From Phoronis australis (taxonomy: Eukaryota; Animalia; Phoronida): a DNA stretch of 64,000 bases. Under the pieces are notes generated by a model. That model ran no database searches, had not been told where the DNA came from, and saw nothing but the letters and a program-made list of their open reading frames with translations. This document shows positions 13,801 through 28,800 of the stretch, piece after piece; the stretch's first letter is position 1, and each line of letters starts with the position of its first letter. The DNA lies in the NCBI GenBank assembly GCA_002633005.1, contig NMRA01000043.1, positions 599,466 to 663,465 of the forward strand, read 5' to 3'. Made by a program: the position numbers and the translations under genes.

Positions 13801-16800
13801 TGATACGGCCATGCAATAACAATTTCATGTGTCCGTGCAATAACTGAAAGGGTTATTGTATGTTCATATAACCATGAAAATAACCATCGTCACGTGACAA
13901 AAACGGAGCTACTGTCTACAGCTGGAATTCCAAAGTTTCAACCAGATCAGTCGCAATTTAAACTGAAGAAATTACATGAATTTACTTTTACTATACATTT
14001 CAAAAACTAAACAAATGTAATGCATTGGACTGCATTTGGTAATTAAAATCGCAAGTTTTCCTCACGATAAATGACTGCAACTCGGCCTTCGCTGTCTCTC
14101 CTTCAAACTTACCCGTCCACAACAGCTTGTGAACAAAGCCAGTGACGCTGATCATTGTGAACTGAACCGGTAACTACAGTAGCGTTCTGTTTTCATTATT
14201 TTGTGGTGTAAAAAATAACAGTAGTAATATCCAATTAAACTCAATCAAAAACTTTTATTTATATGACACATGATCAATAAATCAACAGGATTTGTCTGCC
14301 TCCAATCCGGGACTAAAGTCGAATCCAAGAACGCATTACAGTAGGTCAAATTATCCACATACCTGTGTACCATACGCAAAAAATGCAGATTCGTACGGAA
14401 ATCTAGCATATTTTTGCCTGGCCGTGTGTAGTTACGCACAGCCAGGCAAAAATATGCAAATTCTGCAAATTTAAAAGAGATTAATTCGCTTGTTTCTCAA
14501 TAAATACACTGATTTGTAGTCATAACGGACGAGGAAGAAGATTTTAAAGTTAGAAAATAAAAAAATATTGTAAAATCATTTTTTTAGCCAAAAAATTGAG
14601 CTACAAACTCGGAAAACTTTCTTCGTTTCATTCTCGAAATAGCCTGATAATCAGCGAATCACGAGGCCTCTTCTATCAGTGTGTGTCACATCCTAACCTA
14701 TAACCAACGGGATTTTTTAGTTTCTAAGTAGACTGAGCCAGTTGTCGCTTGGTTGTTTTCTTGGCTGACTGAAGACATTGCCTTGTACTTTCATGTACAT
14801 GACTTCCTTGATCTTTCTTGGTTGGACCAAGAGACTAGAGGTTGGTGTAAATAGACCAAGAGATTTTAATAATAGTTGTAATATGCCACCACCTCAGAGC
14901 GGTTTTAGGAAGTCATAACTAAGTTCAGTAATGACATTTTCTATTGATTTACAGGATCTTTTCACTAAGCGTGTTGTCCCTCAACTAAACAACTTAAATT
15001 AATCTGAAAATTGGTGATGAATTCACTACGTGTATTTTAGAAACCGTTTCAGAGGCATGTAAGTAGGAAAGGTACCCATGCGCGTACCCCGGGGGGGGGC
15101 TTGAATGAGTCCCCCATTTGGCAAAGTGGGCAAAAAGATCCTGAGAGAAACCAAAAGTCTGAGAAAACGAGACAAAAGACCACAAAAAAGGCAAGCATTC
15201 GGCGAAAGATCTGAACGCTGAGCAAACCCTTTTTTTTTTAGTGAAACGTCCACTGCGAAAAATTCAACCCCCCTTCTATTTTACGGTAAATTTGTAAATT
15301 TGGTCTGTACTCAAAAATCTGCAAATTTACTGAAAAATCTGCAAATCTGGTGTGAAAGTACTCCAATGAAGTTTTGGTGGTACACAGGTCTGTATCCATA
15401 GTGATATTACGAATGGCTGAGTGACACAGGATAAACTGTAAATTATTGTCAATATATAAAATTTTATAGAATGCTCAAAAACCAGGGAAACAGGTGTATA
15501 GAATAGAATCTCAAATATCGTTTGCTAACCTGCCACACCACGAAAATGGAAACTAACTTTGATTGGAGGATAAGCTTTGACCAATTCAAATGGGGAGAGT
15601 TAGGTTTAGAGGAGGTGTCATAGTCTGAGATAGCTAGTGACAGATATGGGGACCAAATTGACAAAGGGAAAGGCCAGCAATTCGTATAATCGAAAAAGAA
15701 TGAAAATACCAAGAACAACCTACAACTGACATCAGAACTTTTGAAACCTGGCTTTTCAGTGTCATGTTCCTATTCGTATTGACCAAAGAGGAAGAAATTA
15801 AGACTCAGCAAAGAAATGGGGGTTAGATCTTAAAGCCTATTTTGAACAGGAACGCATGTAAATTTGGTTCCTACTGTATGTCAAGAGCCCACTAGTGCAA
15901 CAAACTGACAAGTGTAATGAACTGTTAGGCGTATTGGCTTGCTTTTATCTACGTCACCGCGAGAATCACCTTTTAATTCAAACAGCTGCAAATCCCCCCC
16001 CCACACACAATGGTGTTCTATTCAGAATTCTTTTCAATATCAACTGTTATCGGCCTTTTATTGTTTGGGTTGGGATCTCGCGGTGTTGCAACAGCCGCAC
16101 GAAAAGGCAGCTTTACCTATCATTTGACAGGCTTTTATTTGCATGATTGAACTCGTGTTTTCTAATTTTACTAAGGCTTTGCTAGGACCATCTGGTTAGC
16201 CCAAAACACCTAAAATAAAGAAATTCCCTTGAAGTTAGACTTAACGTATGTGCTATAAATATGTTAAACTACAGGGGTTTTTATGCGCCCACATATTTAC
16301 ATGTGGTCACATATTGCTGTCATCTCTGTCTGGTCATCCGGGCATCCGGTGTACGGCGTCCGCAGCTGTATCTCCTAAACCCCTCACACGATCTTGATGA
16401 GATATGGCAGATGTGTTTCCTATGAAGCTGAAGACGGATGACGACCAATTTCAGACCTCTCCGACTACTGGTGTGCCCCCTAGTGGCAATTTTAGTTTTT
16501 TACGCTAACCTCTGTATCTTCTGAGGTCCTCAATGGATTTTCATAAATTTGGCAGTTATGCATCTATTAGTGAAATGATGCCATCCTCCCGTTTTCGGAC
16601 AGATTCGAGGTACTTTGCGCCACCTAGTGGTCATTTTTACTGTTTTCAAGTCTGCCCATCTATCAACCAAACTGCTCTAGGGATGATTTTGAAAATTGGC
16701 ATATATGTTCTTACTTTAAAGAGGGCGGCTGACGATATTTTCCAACTTTGACTACTGTGGCACCTCCTAGTGGCAGTGTACAGGATCTTCATTGAATTTT

Positions 16801-19800
16801 GCTGGGGTATTTTTATGAATTTGACAACACAAGACGACGACTTTCGGACAGATCGGACTACCGGTGTGCCTCCTAGTGACAAATTTAGTTTTTACGTTTA
16901 CATCTGTATCTTTAAAGGTTCTCAACGGATTTTCATAAAATTTGGCAAATAGGCATCTATAAGTGAGCTGACGCTATCCTTTGGTTTCGATTTGATTCGT
17001 TGTATATTGTTCCACCCAGAGGCCATTTTTACTGTTTTCGAGTCTTGTTACTTGGCGTCTGTCCCTCTGTCTGAGGATGGTTGTGGAAAGTGGCATGTAT
17101 GTTCCTAATAAGAACAGGAAGTCTGACGATGATTTTCTGTGACAGTTATGTTTTTTGGGCCTATAGCCTCCTACTGGCAATTTCATTTTTTTGTTTTCCT
17201 CAGTTTCTCAGAAGTTCCTTGATGGATTTTTATGAAATTTGGTAAATAACTTTAATGTCACATACCAGTTTTTGGATGGAATCGACGTATTTTGTGTCAT
17301 CTAGTGGCCATTTTTTATGTTCCAAATAAACACCCTAGAAGCACATCATTTGCAGTGCATTTGTGGGTGCATTTCAACGTTCCGCGTTGCTCTTGTTATA
17401 TGGGTGTGTTGTTAGCCTCGGTTGCTGTGCCGTATGAGTAGAGGCCAAAGGCCGTAGTTTAACATATATGTAGTTTATGTGGATGGTTCTTCATTTCAAA
17501 AACATTTAGTCACAAATTGAAACTGCTGGGTTTTACTATTACAATCTTCTTTGAAAACACAACTCCTTTCTTCAAGTCTGCAGCTATGTAGCAAAACATC
17601 ACCGAGAGACAACAAAAAAATTAAAACAGTAGCTATATTTGGAGATTACACGTCTCATCATCAGGCAATAAGTGGAATGAACATATAAATAGCGAAATAA
17701 ACAGTGAAATACACGTGGCAGCTGGAAGAGGGGCACACAAGCAGAGAGTGTGAATGCAACACATGGTAGGAAGCCCACAACCCTAGAAACAAGAGTCAGC
17801 GTGCAGTATACACCTGTGAGCTGCTTATTCAACTCAGGAATGACCAATTGTGGTTCCAAAATCTTTAGCTTTGTTTTGACGCTATAAGCGTATGTTTTCA
17901 AAGAAGTTTGTGTTAACGAACGGCCGCTACCGAACTATACTACATAACTGTATTATGAATGTCAGATAAGTGTCTTGAGTGGTGTGGTCGTCTACTGTTT
18001 TTTTTTCTTCAGATGAAGTGCACCGAGAGTCCTGTTCAGAGGGACAGTCATCTGGGGTGATGAGGAAATTCCTTTGTCAAAAATATGGGGCTTCCTTGGA
18101 AGACGTGAGTACTCACCATGTCCACTTTTGTGGTTTTAATGAGTTTTACGTCTCAGGTTATCGTTGTGTTTCCTGTTTAAACCAGGAGTAGGACAATTGC
18201 AATAACAATCTAAAATTTAAATAGGACAGTTGCCATAAACATCTAAAGTACAAGTAGGACAGTTGCCCTAACCATCTTAAGTACAAGTAGGAAAGTTGCC
18301 ATAACCATCTAAAGTACAAGTAGGACAGTTGCCATAACCATCTAAAGTATATGACTTGAAAAGAATACTGCCTGTGTCTGTGTAGTTGGTGAACTATAAC
18401 ATTTCATGTTTTGCAATAATTGACATTTTACCTACCTGCGTGTTCCAAATTACAACTTAAAAAAAAACACTGGGGGGTCCCAAGACAAGCTCCGCCCAAC
18501 CCAGTGTGAACCAAAAAGTGGTCTGATTGATCTTAGTAAACAAATTGCAAGTTGATTGCTCACTTAAAGCCGCACACATTGTTAGTAAGGTCTACAGAAA
18601 ACATCAATTTCAGGCTAGAAGTATCGATTAACTGTTTGTTGATAAAACCTAAAATCAAACTATTGAAGCAATCTGTGATCACCACTGTGTGAAGTGCCAA
18701 CTCCCCATACCATAACACATCTAAAATGGCTTCCTTATGACAAAGACGTTCTTCCAGATGTCTCAATATAACTTGTTGTTAGCTGTTCAGTCTGTATGCA
18801 CCAACCTTGTAATGTTTTATTATTTCTTTGTCTAGTCACAAGCGCTCTATAACAGCTGGGCTGTCAATGTCATCCAACCCCATGGGGTGAAGGTGCAGGA
18901 GGTAAGATACTTTCACTACTACTGGGGTTAGATTGAGTTTGTAATACCCGAATTAGAGTTTATCCTCTGTCCTACTGATCGTATCAAATACTGAAAAAGT
19001 AAGTTTGGTTTCTCTATTTGTTTTGCTTCTAATTTTTTTAGAAATATCAGCATAATTTAGAATTTCCCGACACTGTAATGTATATCTTATGAGGGAGTCT
19101 TTAGCAGATAGGGACAACTATTTTCGCCTATTTTAATGTTTCAAATGTGATTTAAAAACAAAGTATACAAGTTGTCATCAATCCGAGCATAGTTGTTTAA
19201 AGTTGAAGTTTTAACCTACAAAATTGCACTGATTTGGTTCAAGAAAACTGCACATTACTGGTGCTGATGTGCTTTGAATATGACATCTTATACCTCTTTC
19301 AAAAGATAGCTCTTCGAAATGCAGCTCTTTGAAATACAGTGAACAGTGACATCGTAAATTAAGGTTCTTTCATTGGTCAATTCTTCATCATGCCTATTCC
19401 CAAATTAAGGACTACATTGCACAGGTATGATAGAAAATTGACTGTTAATCAAAAAATAAAATCTTCCAAGTAGTCTTCAGGCCCACCACAGATACTATAG
19501 GCGTACTTAAACAATATTTCCTTTTGACCCTAACTAACAGTCCATGACACATGAATTTTGGAAACTCTGGTAACTTTTATATGCAGTTCACTCTTGAAGT
19601 ATATCATTTCCTAGATAAGGTGACAGTTTCAAATCACAGCCCCAAGGTAATGTGAGGAATGCTTGCATAAATTCTTTGTTGCTGTGAACTTTTCTACTTT
19701 TCTGCTCAGTTGGCGTACGTGGAGAAGCAGTATGTCAGTCTAACACAAAGTAAGACTGACTTTAACGAGTTGTTATTCTTGGACGGCAATGGTACATTGT

Positions 19801-22800
19801 TCCCAGAGGTCAAAGGTCAAGCCAACCACATTGGTGTGATGGGCGATCAAGTGACTGCTACACCAATCAAGTGAGCATGACGCACTCCCTTAGTCAAATA
19901 TCTGCATGATGCACACCCTATGTCACATATCTGCTTATTTTAGGAGTATGTGCGCGTATACATTTTTGTGATCAGTCTAGACTATGAGTGACTCCACAGT
20001 ATGGGGTGCTGTCAGTGCAGTCATTTCTGTGCACCAGTCCTAAAAAGAAGTTGGTTGCGAAAGCGAGCGTATTTGTGGGTTGTTCATTTCAGAAACCAAC
20101 TGGTGTCTCAGAAGACCATTAGGAGTTGGAAAATAGATTGTAATCTGAAGGGAATGGGACAGATTCAACTTAAACTAAACTCCAAAGACAATTAATGGTG
20201 TTTTTGAAGCTTGTTGAACACATGAAATTGTGAAAAACTGGTTTTCTTTTTTCATAATCCCATAACATCTCATTTTGCCTGATGTCTGACATTGACTCGT
20301 AAGGATGTGTAGGCTCCTAGAAAAATGTCCAAATTTGACTAATTTCAATCAGAATATTACATACTATGATCGTTTTTAAAATGTTCCACTTTTAAATAAG
20401 GAACTCAAAAGTAGGACTTTCATGATTTTTATGAAAAAATCTAAAAGTTGTTTAGAACGAAAACGAAATGATAGTATAAAATACTGACAGCGATTATGAT
20501 ATTTCATCTTGAACATTTTATTTGGTCACGTTATTGATACTGTTGTTTTGCTGGCAACATACTTTTCTTTTTGTTAGGTTTCACTAATTAAGATATGGTC
20601 ACATATCCCAATTAATGGCAGATTGGTAAAAAGTCAAAAAATAGTTGTGCTAGCTTTTTAGTTTCAGAAAATACAATAATATTACGGTTATAATATAACA
20701 TTTATAATGTTACATTGTGTACTAGTGTTACATTTATAACATATTTATAATTACTATATTGCCATGTTGACAGAAGTGCTATGAGAACACTGCATCAGTT
20801 GAAGGCCATCCTAGAGAGTGCCATGCAAGATGGACCAAGCAGTAAACTACGCAGTTATTTTCAGGTGAGAATCAGTTATTGCTAAATGTTCTCATATTTC
20901 TGATTTCCAAATATGTTTTGGAACAGTTTGTGTTTAATTATTAGGTCTTCAAATCGATTTATCTTTCCCATTGTCTTGATTTGTGTTTGTGAGTGTAGAA
21001 TGTGATGACTAGAATAATTTTACAAAGCATTGTGTGGCAACTGATCTCATGTTAACTTTTTTCATCCAATACAGTGTTCTCCACAACCTGTTTTGACTCG
21101 TTCGTGTGGCGAGTTAGAATTTTGTTGTGAGGATTTTGACTTACTTACTTGGAAAATCTATCCAGCAAGTTTGAATTACTGGGAAATTAATCATATCTTA
21201 AGTAAATTAGGACATTTTGTATTTTTGGCACCAGTTCAAAGCATTTATTCCAAGACTAACATATAAACTCCCCTCAGTATGGACATGGACTTTCGAATAC
21301 GTAATTCCAGAAGAGTTTGAATTTTCTGTTGTGGGAAACATTGCAAGTATTACCTGTTTGTTGTTGATGAATGTAAAGGAGTTCTGAGGTATCTAACTAT
21401 GGATGCTGTTTGTTCTCACTTACAAATTGGAACCCAAAGCGTATTCTAACTAAGCCTGAATTGTCTTCAGATTTCATTGCCTTTTGCGACAATGCCGCAG
21501 ACTGGCATTCGTTTGATTACTTATTTGCTGTGAATCAATAGTTATTGACGGATTTTGTTCAGAAGTTATCACCGAGAGTGTTGGGGTTGGTGCTCTGTCA
21601 CCACAAATTGTTAGAAGTGCACAAATATCTCAATGTCAAGGTTACAAGCCCACAAATCACAAATTGTTAGAAGTGCACAAATATCGCAATGTCAAGGTCA
21701 CAAGCCCACAAATCACAAATTGTTAGAAGTGCACAAATATCTCAATGTCAAGGTCACAAGCCCACAAATCACAGATTGTCACAAGGACAGTTACTGCACT
21801 TTGTGCTACAAATGTCGGTTTCAGATTGAATGTCATGACAGAAGTAGGTTTGAAGGTGGGTGAGTAAGTCAATGGCTGTAGGATGGGACCACTTACCTGG
21901 AGTCACAGTGACAGCAAGAGCAAATAAATATTGTAGTTTAATAATATGTCAATCTGTCAAATAAAGCACTACAAGCGAACTCCCTTAATTGGCCATGGCA
22001 TAAATCGCCCGTGTGCGTAAGTTGATACTTTTTGTTGGTCCCAATTACACGCTTATTCATCTACATGTAAAGGTTGTCAATGAAGTCGTTGTTTCTTTCA
22101 ACTCTTAGATCAAAAGTGGAATCTGTCCCGGCATTTGCAAGCAAATTTTTTTCGCGCAAGTCATCACCAGTGGGCCTGTGCTGTCATGAGTCTTTGTGAC
22201 AATATGATTGTGACAACTAATTATCATGCACTAGGCAGAGTAGTGCTGGTTGTAACAAGAAATGTTCCTAAGATCTGTCAATCAAAGTCTATCTTCACTC
22301 CTATAAAATGAATTTTAAAGTTCCAGCTCTCCACAACACAGTCTACAGAGCATTTTCAGTAGCTAACCTCAACTTAAATATAGGACATCACTTAGGTAAG
22401 TTGTGACAAGTTAAGATAGGTCGCTTGTATTTTTACTCTATGTTAACTGATGACAGAACCAATTTTGGCAGACAAGTGCATTGTCTGAGTGATTCATAAT
22501 AAGTTATCGTTGACAAGACTGCTGTAACGTGTGATTGGCTTGTTACTCTTCAGAAGTGTCCCACCAGTCCACTACAGTGTATCCAGGATAGGCTGGCTCA
22601 CCTGAAGGACAGTTTCTTGACTAGCATGCAGCAAGTGATGGGCCAAGGGTTCGTTAGTGTAGCTGAGAATAGGTTCAGAATGGCTGTAGCACTGCACTAC
22701 CAAGTTATGGAGGCCCTGCTCATATCTGTGAGATATCTTCTGTTGACAACAATCTTCATTAAGTGAATGCTGTATCATCTCAACCCAAAAGTTGCATTTG

Positions 22801-25800
22801 ACTTATCTACCGAGTTTTCATGAAACGCAAGAAGCAATGTGACAGTGTTATAAAAAGATAGTAACATAGGAGTAATATTGATGCTTGATTGTAGTTGCCA
22901 CTTGTTTACAGACTAAGCACTTGAGGATTTGTCTTTAAGTGCATGCTGGCTACTTTATAATCATTTGATTCTTCTCTAAGATTTTAAGGCCTTATTTTTC
23001 CACCGAAAGTCCTGGTGGGAGAGGTTGTTTTCGTCGTGGTTTATACGTTACCTGTAAAGCTCGGCACATGGACATTGATGAAGCTGGTTGAATTAGTTTT
23101 GATCGTGTCACAGAGCTCGACCTCAGATTTCATTTGGTTACGTAATAAAAAAAAAATCTGCAGTCCCTCAATTACTCTTTGGTGACCTGATAATTTTGTC
23201 AGGTTGCATAGTTTTGGGTGGTTTTTATGGAAATGTTGGTCCAAGTGAACGGTTTTCAACAAATTTAAGATATTGTTGTCTAAAGTTATTGAGTATAGAA
23301 AAATAATTCTTTTCTTTGAAAGAGTATAGCCCTTCTTTTATATTAATTTTCCTGTCAAACTCAATGACTCATGTTGAAGAGATCAGAAGAACACTTTCTT
23401 AACACTTGACATGTGCTTTGTTGCAGGAAGAACAAAGATTGTCCATACAAGACTTCAGTGACCTGTTAAACAGAGACACTTTTCACATGTCATTGTTAGC
23501 ATGTGCTGTGGAGGTGGTCCTTACTACTTACAAAACAGCAGGTAACAATATTTTAAAAGGTAACAAGTTTTGCTTAAGTTAACCATTGATGACCTTGACC
23601 CATCATTTTATATGTTTTGCAGCTTATGTCCACATTTTTGGCGTGGTTATCGTGTTTTTTAATATACAACTCAGTGTAATTCATTCCTAAAGAAATTTGT
23701 GAAATGTGAACACTATTTGTAAGTGCTGTAATAGGCCAAACCACTCTCACTTGCGAAGAAGTTCCTTTTTGTTAGCCGTTATATTGTGCATGCATTTTGA
23801 AAACCATTTGATGTTGTTATTGAGTGGAGAAAACTTGTTCCAAAGTTCAGGCATGTTATATCAGATGTTCAAACTGAACTAGTCTGTTAATTTGAAACAA
23901 CTAAATAAACTAGAGTTATGTAATTCACTGTTTAGTCTCTTTGCACCAACTTGCATAGTGATTTTTTACGTTTTGTTTTGCGATTTCTACCACCATTTTC
24001 AAGCTAGTGATAACTGTTAGTGGCAGTTACTGTGGTTACTATAAACAGTATTTTTTGGCAATGGAGATCAACGCGAATAGGCCAATCAGTCAATTACCTT
24101 CTTCAAGCTGACAACCACAAATTAGGTTTCAGGTACAAAAATGTTTGTAAAATTTACAAAATAAAATCCGCCACTTGATTATATTGCAGCAACTTAACCT
24201 GGACTTGCTATATGGGGCACTGTGCAGTAATGCTGTCTGATGTAACTGGTGCCAAGTAACAACTACTCAGACCACCTGTTTGTCTCCCATCCGTTGTTAC
24301 TCACCATGGTGTCATTCGTTTCCTAGGTAACTCATCACCAACGCTCCCTTTCACTCCTGACAGTGCTGACCCTACTGCGTTTCCATGGATACTGACAGTA
24401 TTCAATCTGAAGCCATATAACTTTTTCAAGGTTCTGGAGAGTTTTGTGAAGGCTGAACCGAGACTATCCTGGGAAATAGTTCGAGTACGTGAAGATTAAT
24501 AAATAATGCTGTTTATGATATGTAGTAAGGGAATCTGAATTAATTATTGGCGTAATGTTTGGTTTCCCTAAAATTTTCGGAGTTCCTTGACAGATTTTCA
24601 TTACACCTTCCCATTCTCGGATGGATTTGACTTATTTTATGCCACCTAGTGGCTATTTTTATTATTTTTGTGTCACTTCTGAGTGGCTTGTTCACCAAAC
24701 TGGAAACACTAATAAGGCTTATCTATGGGGGTACTGGAAACACTAATAAGGCTTATCTATGGAGGTACTGGAAACACTAATAAGGCTTATCTATGGAGGT
24801 ACTGGAAACACTAATAAGGCTTATCTATGGAGGTACTGGAAACACTAATAAGGCTTATCTATGGAGGTACATTTCTCACACTGGAAATTGTCCTCATATA
24901 TACAGCTGTTGGACTGTATGTTTTTGGGAATGTATGGCAGAAAAATGTGGAACGTTATATAATTCCTGAAATATAGAGCAAATCTTATTAAGTATTGTTT
25001 GCATTGGGCCCAAAACTCACGCTACAGTCTGCTTGTTGAATGGTTTTGCAGCATCTTCAAAATGTGGAGAAAATCATTCTGGAGCATCTATCATGGGAAT
25101 ATGATTCACCTGTCTACGATGCTATGAAAGTGTCTGAGATTAAGTCAGTCCCCGTGCCTCTGAACGGAGACATCAAGGAAGTGTCCAATACAACAGCACC
25201 ATGTGATCTGTAAGTTGAGAGTTCAGTAACACTGCACCATGTGATCTGCAAGTTGAAAGTTCAATAGCGCAGCGCCACACGATCTGTATGTTGAATGTTC
25301 AGTAACACAGCACCATGTGGTTTGTAAGCTGATAGTTCAGTAACACTGCACCATGTGATCTGTAAGTTGATAGTTCAATAACACAGCACTGTGTGGTCTG
25401 TATGTTGATAGTTCAGTAACACTGCACTGTGTGATCAGTAACTTGAAAGTTCAGTAACAGTCCCATGTGATCTGTAAGTTGATAGTTCAATAACACAGCA
25501 CTGTGTGGTGTGTAAGTTGATAATTCAGTAACACAGTACCATTTGATCTGAAAGTTGAAAGTCTGCATGTACATATAGTTAACTGAAATTGACCAAGTTT
25601 GGTCCACCTTTTTGCTACGTCACTTAAGTGTTTTTTCCAAGCTTGAATTCCCTTGCTCTAACCACTTGGGTTTGCTTAAAAAGCAAAACAACTACAGGTG
25701 AATCAGACTTATCACAAATCTCAAAATCTTGTTAGACCCATTATTTACATTGAATACTAAGATTAAACAACTTGTCTCTTGGCATGCTATGAACATTCCC

Positions 25801-28800
25801 ACTAAATAAAATTGGTTCTAACCCCGGTGGTTAAGGTAAACGGCGGGGTATGGAAAATTGAACTAGACCGTATTTATCCACCTTGGCTGAGTCGCACTCG
25901 GCTCACGATCAAAGGGATGCCGCCAGGCTGCTCTAGTCATCGAGTCACGAGCGAGGATAATTGGCTTCGCTCATGCGGATATGATCAGCTGATTACAATC
26001 TAGCTAGCAGACTGTACTTTTTATGGAGAAAGTTTTACGCAGTTTTTACTGTAATATTTGAAAAGAGGAGCGAAATCAAATATGAGTACAACTTTGAATT
26101 TTACAAATCGGCCCAGGATAAGAGATTTTGCAACACAGCAACACTCACGATTACTTTCATTCGGCGCGCACTAGGACCCAAGTTCTTTAGATTTTGGAAC
26201 ACATGCATTGCAATATTCAAAATACGTTTGATTATGAATCTTACAAGCTGTAAAACGACGTTGTTAATTTCATTGTGTTCATTCATTGTCATCCGTCAAA
26301 TCGGCAATTTCCGAGATGTGATCTGCGGCGTGCGCGTATGTGTACAAAACACGTGATTGTTATGTTCCTGAGGTACGAAAATTAAGAAGGCTTTAACATG
26401 CCGTTATTATTGACAGGGACACGATAAAACGAATTTGGATTTTGACTATAGTCTTGATACAGCGATCTGACTGACCACTGCGTCAGTGTCTCCGTTAGAC
26501 CCAGAAATTTCACACAGCCCGGGTAGTTCATTTCGTCCCCAACATGTAGATCGAGCCTTGGACTATTAATACTCCACGGCAGAGCTAACGACAGTCGGCC
26601 TGTGCACACAAAATCTGTGAGTTAACCAGCACTCACCTTGCACGTTACAGCCGTTTAAGTGAAAAACAATCTAGTAAACGCCATTTTCTTGCATAATCCT
26701 CCGCCTTTTGTAACAAAAAAGTCTATCGTCGATGACCCGCACACGCACGCTCACTCACTCTCATACACAGACGACCTTCAAAACAAACGTCACGTGACAA
26801 CAACATGTGTGTTCATCCAGAGATTTTTCTCTTGTTGTGGAGTACGATGTAGCGCACATTTGGACTTAATCGCAATTAATCTGGACTCCACATGAACTTT
26901 AAAAATTGTAAAACATCAGGAAGATTTCAGGTAATTTGTTGAGTCGAAACTATATTTTTATTCAAGAGTACAAGTTTTCCTATTGACGATGGCGATTCAG
27001 CGGCGACGCATCAGTCGGCAAGTTTTCGCCCTGTGATGAGCACAATTTTTTGAAAAATTATCGTAATTTAACAACGGAAGTTCATAGCAATGCACCACAA
27101 TTTTGTAGAAAGACTGTCATAGGCTAAAAATTCGTCACAAAGCGTAAATTTTATGAATCCTAGCTTCCGATTTTACCCGTTTGGGAAACCGGCTTTCAAC
27201 TGCCGTAGGCTACAATAAGAATCCCCCCCCCGTGAAATGATTTTTTCTAAGCGTTTATTAGAGCCAATACAGTATACAGCTTTCCACCAAGGCTAGGTGA
27301 TACTACGACATTATTCTTTGTTGCATTAGTAACTGGTCTTGGCTAATATTATCATTTTATGGCCTGGTCATCCATTCAGCCAAAAGTAGTTCCAGAGGTG
27401 GCTTATCAGCCAATTATTCACGCATGCTGACTCACAATAGAAGCCTGATAAGAGTGAAGGTGGATAAATGCGGTGTTCCTACAGTTTCTTGTTTTAGTGG
27501 ATGTGTTCACGACATGGTTAGCATTGCTGTCCAGTCTTGAGTATGATTGTTGGTCAGTAACACAATTCAAGATTATTATGTTTTGGTGAGTTCTGACGCC
27601 TACCAAAAACCGTTTTCTTAACGACTGGTGATCAGAATAATGGAGCTCGTGCTCTGTATTTAAGTGTACAAAAATATAAATGTCATTCGCATTGCTTAGT
27701 GTGGCTTAGGTTGAATCACAGTGTGCAAGCTTGAGTGAGCTGGCGTACTGTTTAAACTTGCCAATAAGGATTGTTCGAGGTTAAGTTGATGACTTGAGTG
27801 CATTATTATCTGTTACCTGTTGCCAGTCATAACAGGCCTCCTGTGTTACCAGAGACTTTTAGTCACCATCATCACATCCAAGCTGCATCACTCCACGTTG
27901 TTCCTTTAAAGTAAACACATAGTGTACTCCTTCTCTCGTGGTTGTCTTAACAACTTGAAGACTGTGTGTGTGTGTGTGCGTGCGTGCGTGCGCGCGTGTG
28001 CGTGTTTAGGGTTTTACTTAGGTGGAGTGACCAGGTTTTGTTCTTCAGATTCAAGTCACCAGTCCCTCAACGCAGTTCTTCCCATACCAATGGTTCTGAC
28101 CCTGCACCATCTGGTGGTCAAGTGAAGAAGTCTGATTCGTTGAACTTGTTTTTAAACAAGGGTAAGTGTTTAAGTACGAAAATGCAAAAAAACTAACTGA
28201 ATGTAAGTTTCAATTACATCTCCCATATTTTTGAAAAAACATTCTGTTTTAAATGTAACCTAAATTCCAAATGTGGTAAAAGCATCTTTCTATTACAGAT
28301 AACCAAAATTTTATCTGTTTGATTACTGCTTCTCAATATAAATCTGTCATGAAGTTAATTTTAAAAAAGTTAAATATCTGTTTCTTTTGCCTTGTTACAT
28401 TTCAGTGGAAGAGGCATTTTATAGTTTGGTTTTCATACCCCTGACTGAAATTCATACAATGTTGTGTTTCATTTTAGTGGCTCGACTAGGCTATAACAGG
28501 CTGCTTGCTTTATGCAATAAGTTAGAGTTACCCAAAGATTTGGTAAGTTAGCAGGTATCATAATGGAAACTTAGTAACCTCACTTTCTACGCAATGCGCA
28601 ATTTAATCACCGGTACTTTTGATTAGACTTAATTTTCATAAGTTTCCAAATTACTTTTTAACTTTATGCAGGATGATATCGTCAAGTGTGTGTATTCAGA
28701 CAAATATCTATAAAACTGTAGATTTAACTCGGTAAAAGTTTTTTGAAATTAAAGAGCCTGTAAAGTCTTATTTATGATTCTTTGCCAATCTGTCATTTAC

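Noticed and set aside
24700-24870. CRISPR-like 33-38-bp repeat arrays here and at 8548, 18186, 25192 and 33255
   Set aside because: Head-to-tail units with no unique spacers, no cas genes and a eukaryotic intron context; these are minisatellites.
25818-27296. Possible Academ-like element (TAACCCCGGTGG...CCACCAAGGCTA), and TTAA-bounded segments 28753-29977 and 33813-35652
   Set aside because: They look transposon-derived, but the TIR matches are too weak to fix boundaries or family.
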